NCBI GenBank assembly: GCA_963737065.1
Contig: CAVTRC010000001.1
Coordinates: 384,001-448,000 of the forward strand
Source: Candidatus Eremiobacteria bacterium
Lineage (GTDB): Bacteria; Vulcanimicrobiota; Vulcanimicrobiia; Vulcanimicrobiales; Vulcanimicrobiaceae
Direction of reading: 5' to 3'
Length of the DNA stretch: 64,000 nt
The notes beneath the pieces were generated by a model. The model saw only the letters and a program-made list of their open reading frames with translations. It was not told where the DNA came from and made no database searches. Positions within the stretch are counted from its first letter, which is position 1. The number at the start of each line of letters is the position of its first letter. This document shows positions 63,260 through 64,000 of this stretch, piece after piece. The position numbers and the translations under genes were made by a program.

Positions 63260-64000
63260 TTAAGGAGCAGCCGTTTTCGACGCGCGACGCCGGCGCCACT
63301 GCGCCACGGCATAGACGGCCGCGCCGACGGCAAGCAGCACGACCGTCAGTCCAACGATCTTGATGACCGCAAGCGGTTTGTTCGGTTCGTCTGCGGACGG
63401 AATCGTTGAGAATACAATTGCGAAAATTGTCGTCATCAACCCGACGATCGATGCGAGCACGACGGATGTATGCCCGCCGGGGATCGATACGCCGACCGCG
63501 GGCTCGCGCACTTTGATCGCGGACGAGAAGATAAAGAGAAACGGCACCATCGTGACGAGCACCGTCATGCTGACGAGCACGTCGTACGCGCCGTGGACGC
63601 TCGTGCCGCCTTGTCCGACAACGATCACGAGCACTGCAAGAACGAATTGCGTCAGCAGCGACACGACCGGCGAACCGTACTTCGGGTGCATTTTTCCGAA
63701 CGCGCTCGGCAGATATGCATCAAGCCCTGCGACGAACGGCAAGCGCGCCACCGAACCGAGCCATGCGCCGACGCTGCCCATGCAACTGATCGCGACGAGT
63801 ACCGCGGCGGCGGGCGTCAGAATCGACCAGCCGGCGCGCGACGCGATGTGTTCGATCGCCTGCACGACACCGTATTGGCTGTTGACTGAATCAGCGTTTA
63901 CCGCGACGAGCACGGCGATCGTACCGAGGATGTAGATGCCGCCGATGAACGGCGCGCCGATTGCGATGCCGAGCGGAATCGTGCGGCGCGGATTACGGAT
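63260..64000 (-). CDS. APC-family amino acid permease (5' end beyond window)
   Basis: ARLPFVAG.D.YLP.AFGK.HPKYGSP, many TM helices; frame open to window edge. Confidence 0.85.
   Translation of the reverse strand: MRNPRRTIPLGIAIGAPFIGGIYILGTIAVLVAVNADSVNSQYGVVQAIEHIASRAGWSILTPAAAVLVAISCMGSVGAWLGSVARLPFVAGLDAYLPSAFGKMHPKYGSPVVSLLTQFVLAVLVIVVGQGGTSVHGAYDVLVSMTVLVTMVPFLFIFSSAIKVREPAVGVSIPGGHTSVVLASIVGLMTTIFAIVFSTIPSADEPNKPLAVIKIVGLTVVLLAVGAAVYAVAQWRRRRASKTAAP

Overview
High-GC bacterial chromosomal segment, densely coding, with no rRNA, tRNA, CRISPR array or recognisable mobile element. Gene style (TonB-dependent receptor, orphan peptide-binding lipoproteins, leaderless starts, actinobacterial-type respiratory genes) suggests a diderm Terrabacteria lineage such as Eremiobacterota/Vulcanimicrobiota; this is inference only. 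Main blocks: a patch of small orphan or degenerate genes (0-6.5 kb); a cell-wall/peptide hydrolase cluster around a TonB-dependent receptor (6.5-21.8 kb); an ECF sigma/anti-sigma/ABC exporter operon; katG; a GAF-GGDEF-ATPase-TPR protein; a ferritin-like gene and an S53 protease; a qcrAB/ctaCDEFG respiratory cluster without qcrC; a D-peptide catabolism cluster (epimerase, serine hydrolases, M81 peptidase, XRE-cupin regulator); tsaD; a hom-metY-metX methionine operon; an NRAMP-family transporter and Mn-catalase; and a ScyD/E gene with a divergent regulator. At least six genes are split by single-base indels, probably assembly errors. The best candidate for an undescribed system is a leaderless 27-codon Met/Cys-rich leader peptide (54181-54264) with mutually exclusive RNA hairpins upstream of hom-metY-metX, i.e. 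a putative ribosome-mediated sulfur-amino-acid attenuator. Also notable: a selenoprotein candidate missed by the ORF track (in-frame TGA plus SECIS-like hairpin, 41805-42314) and a 37-bp motif shared by two promoters of the D-peptide cluster.
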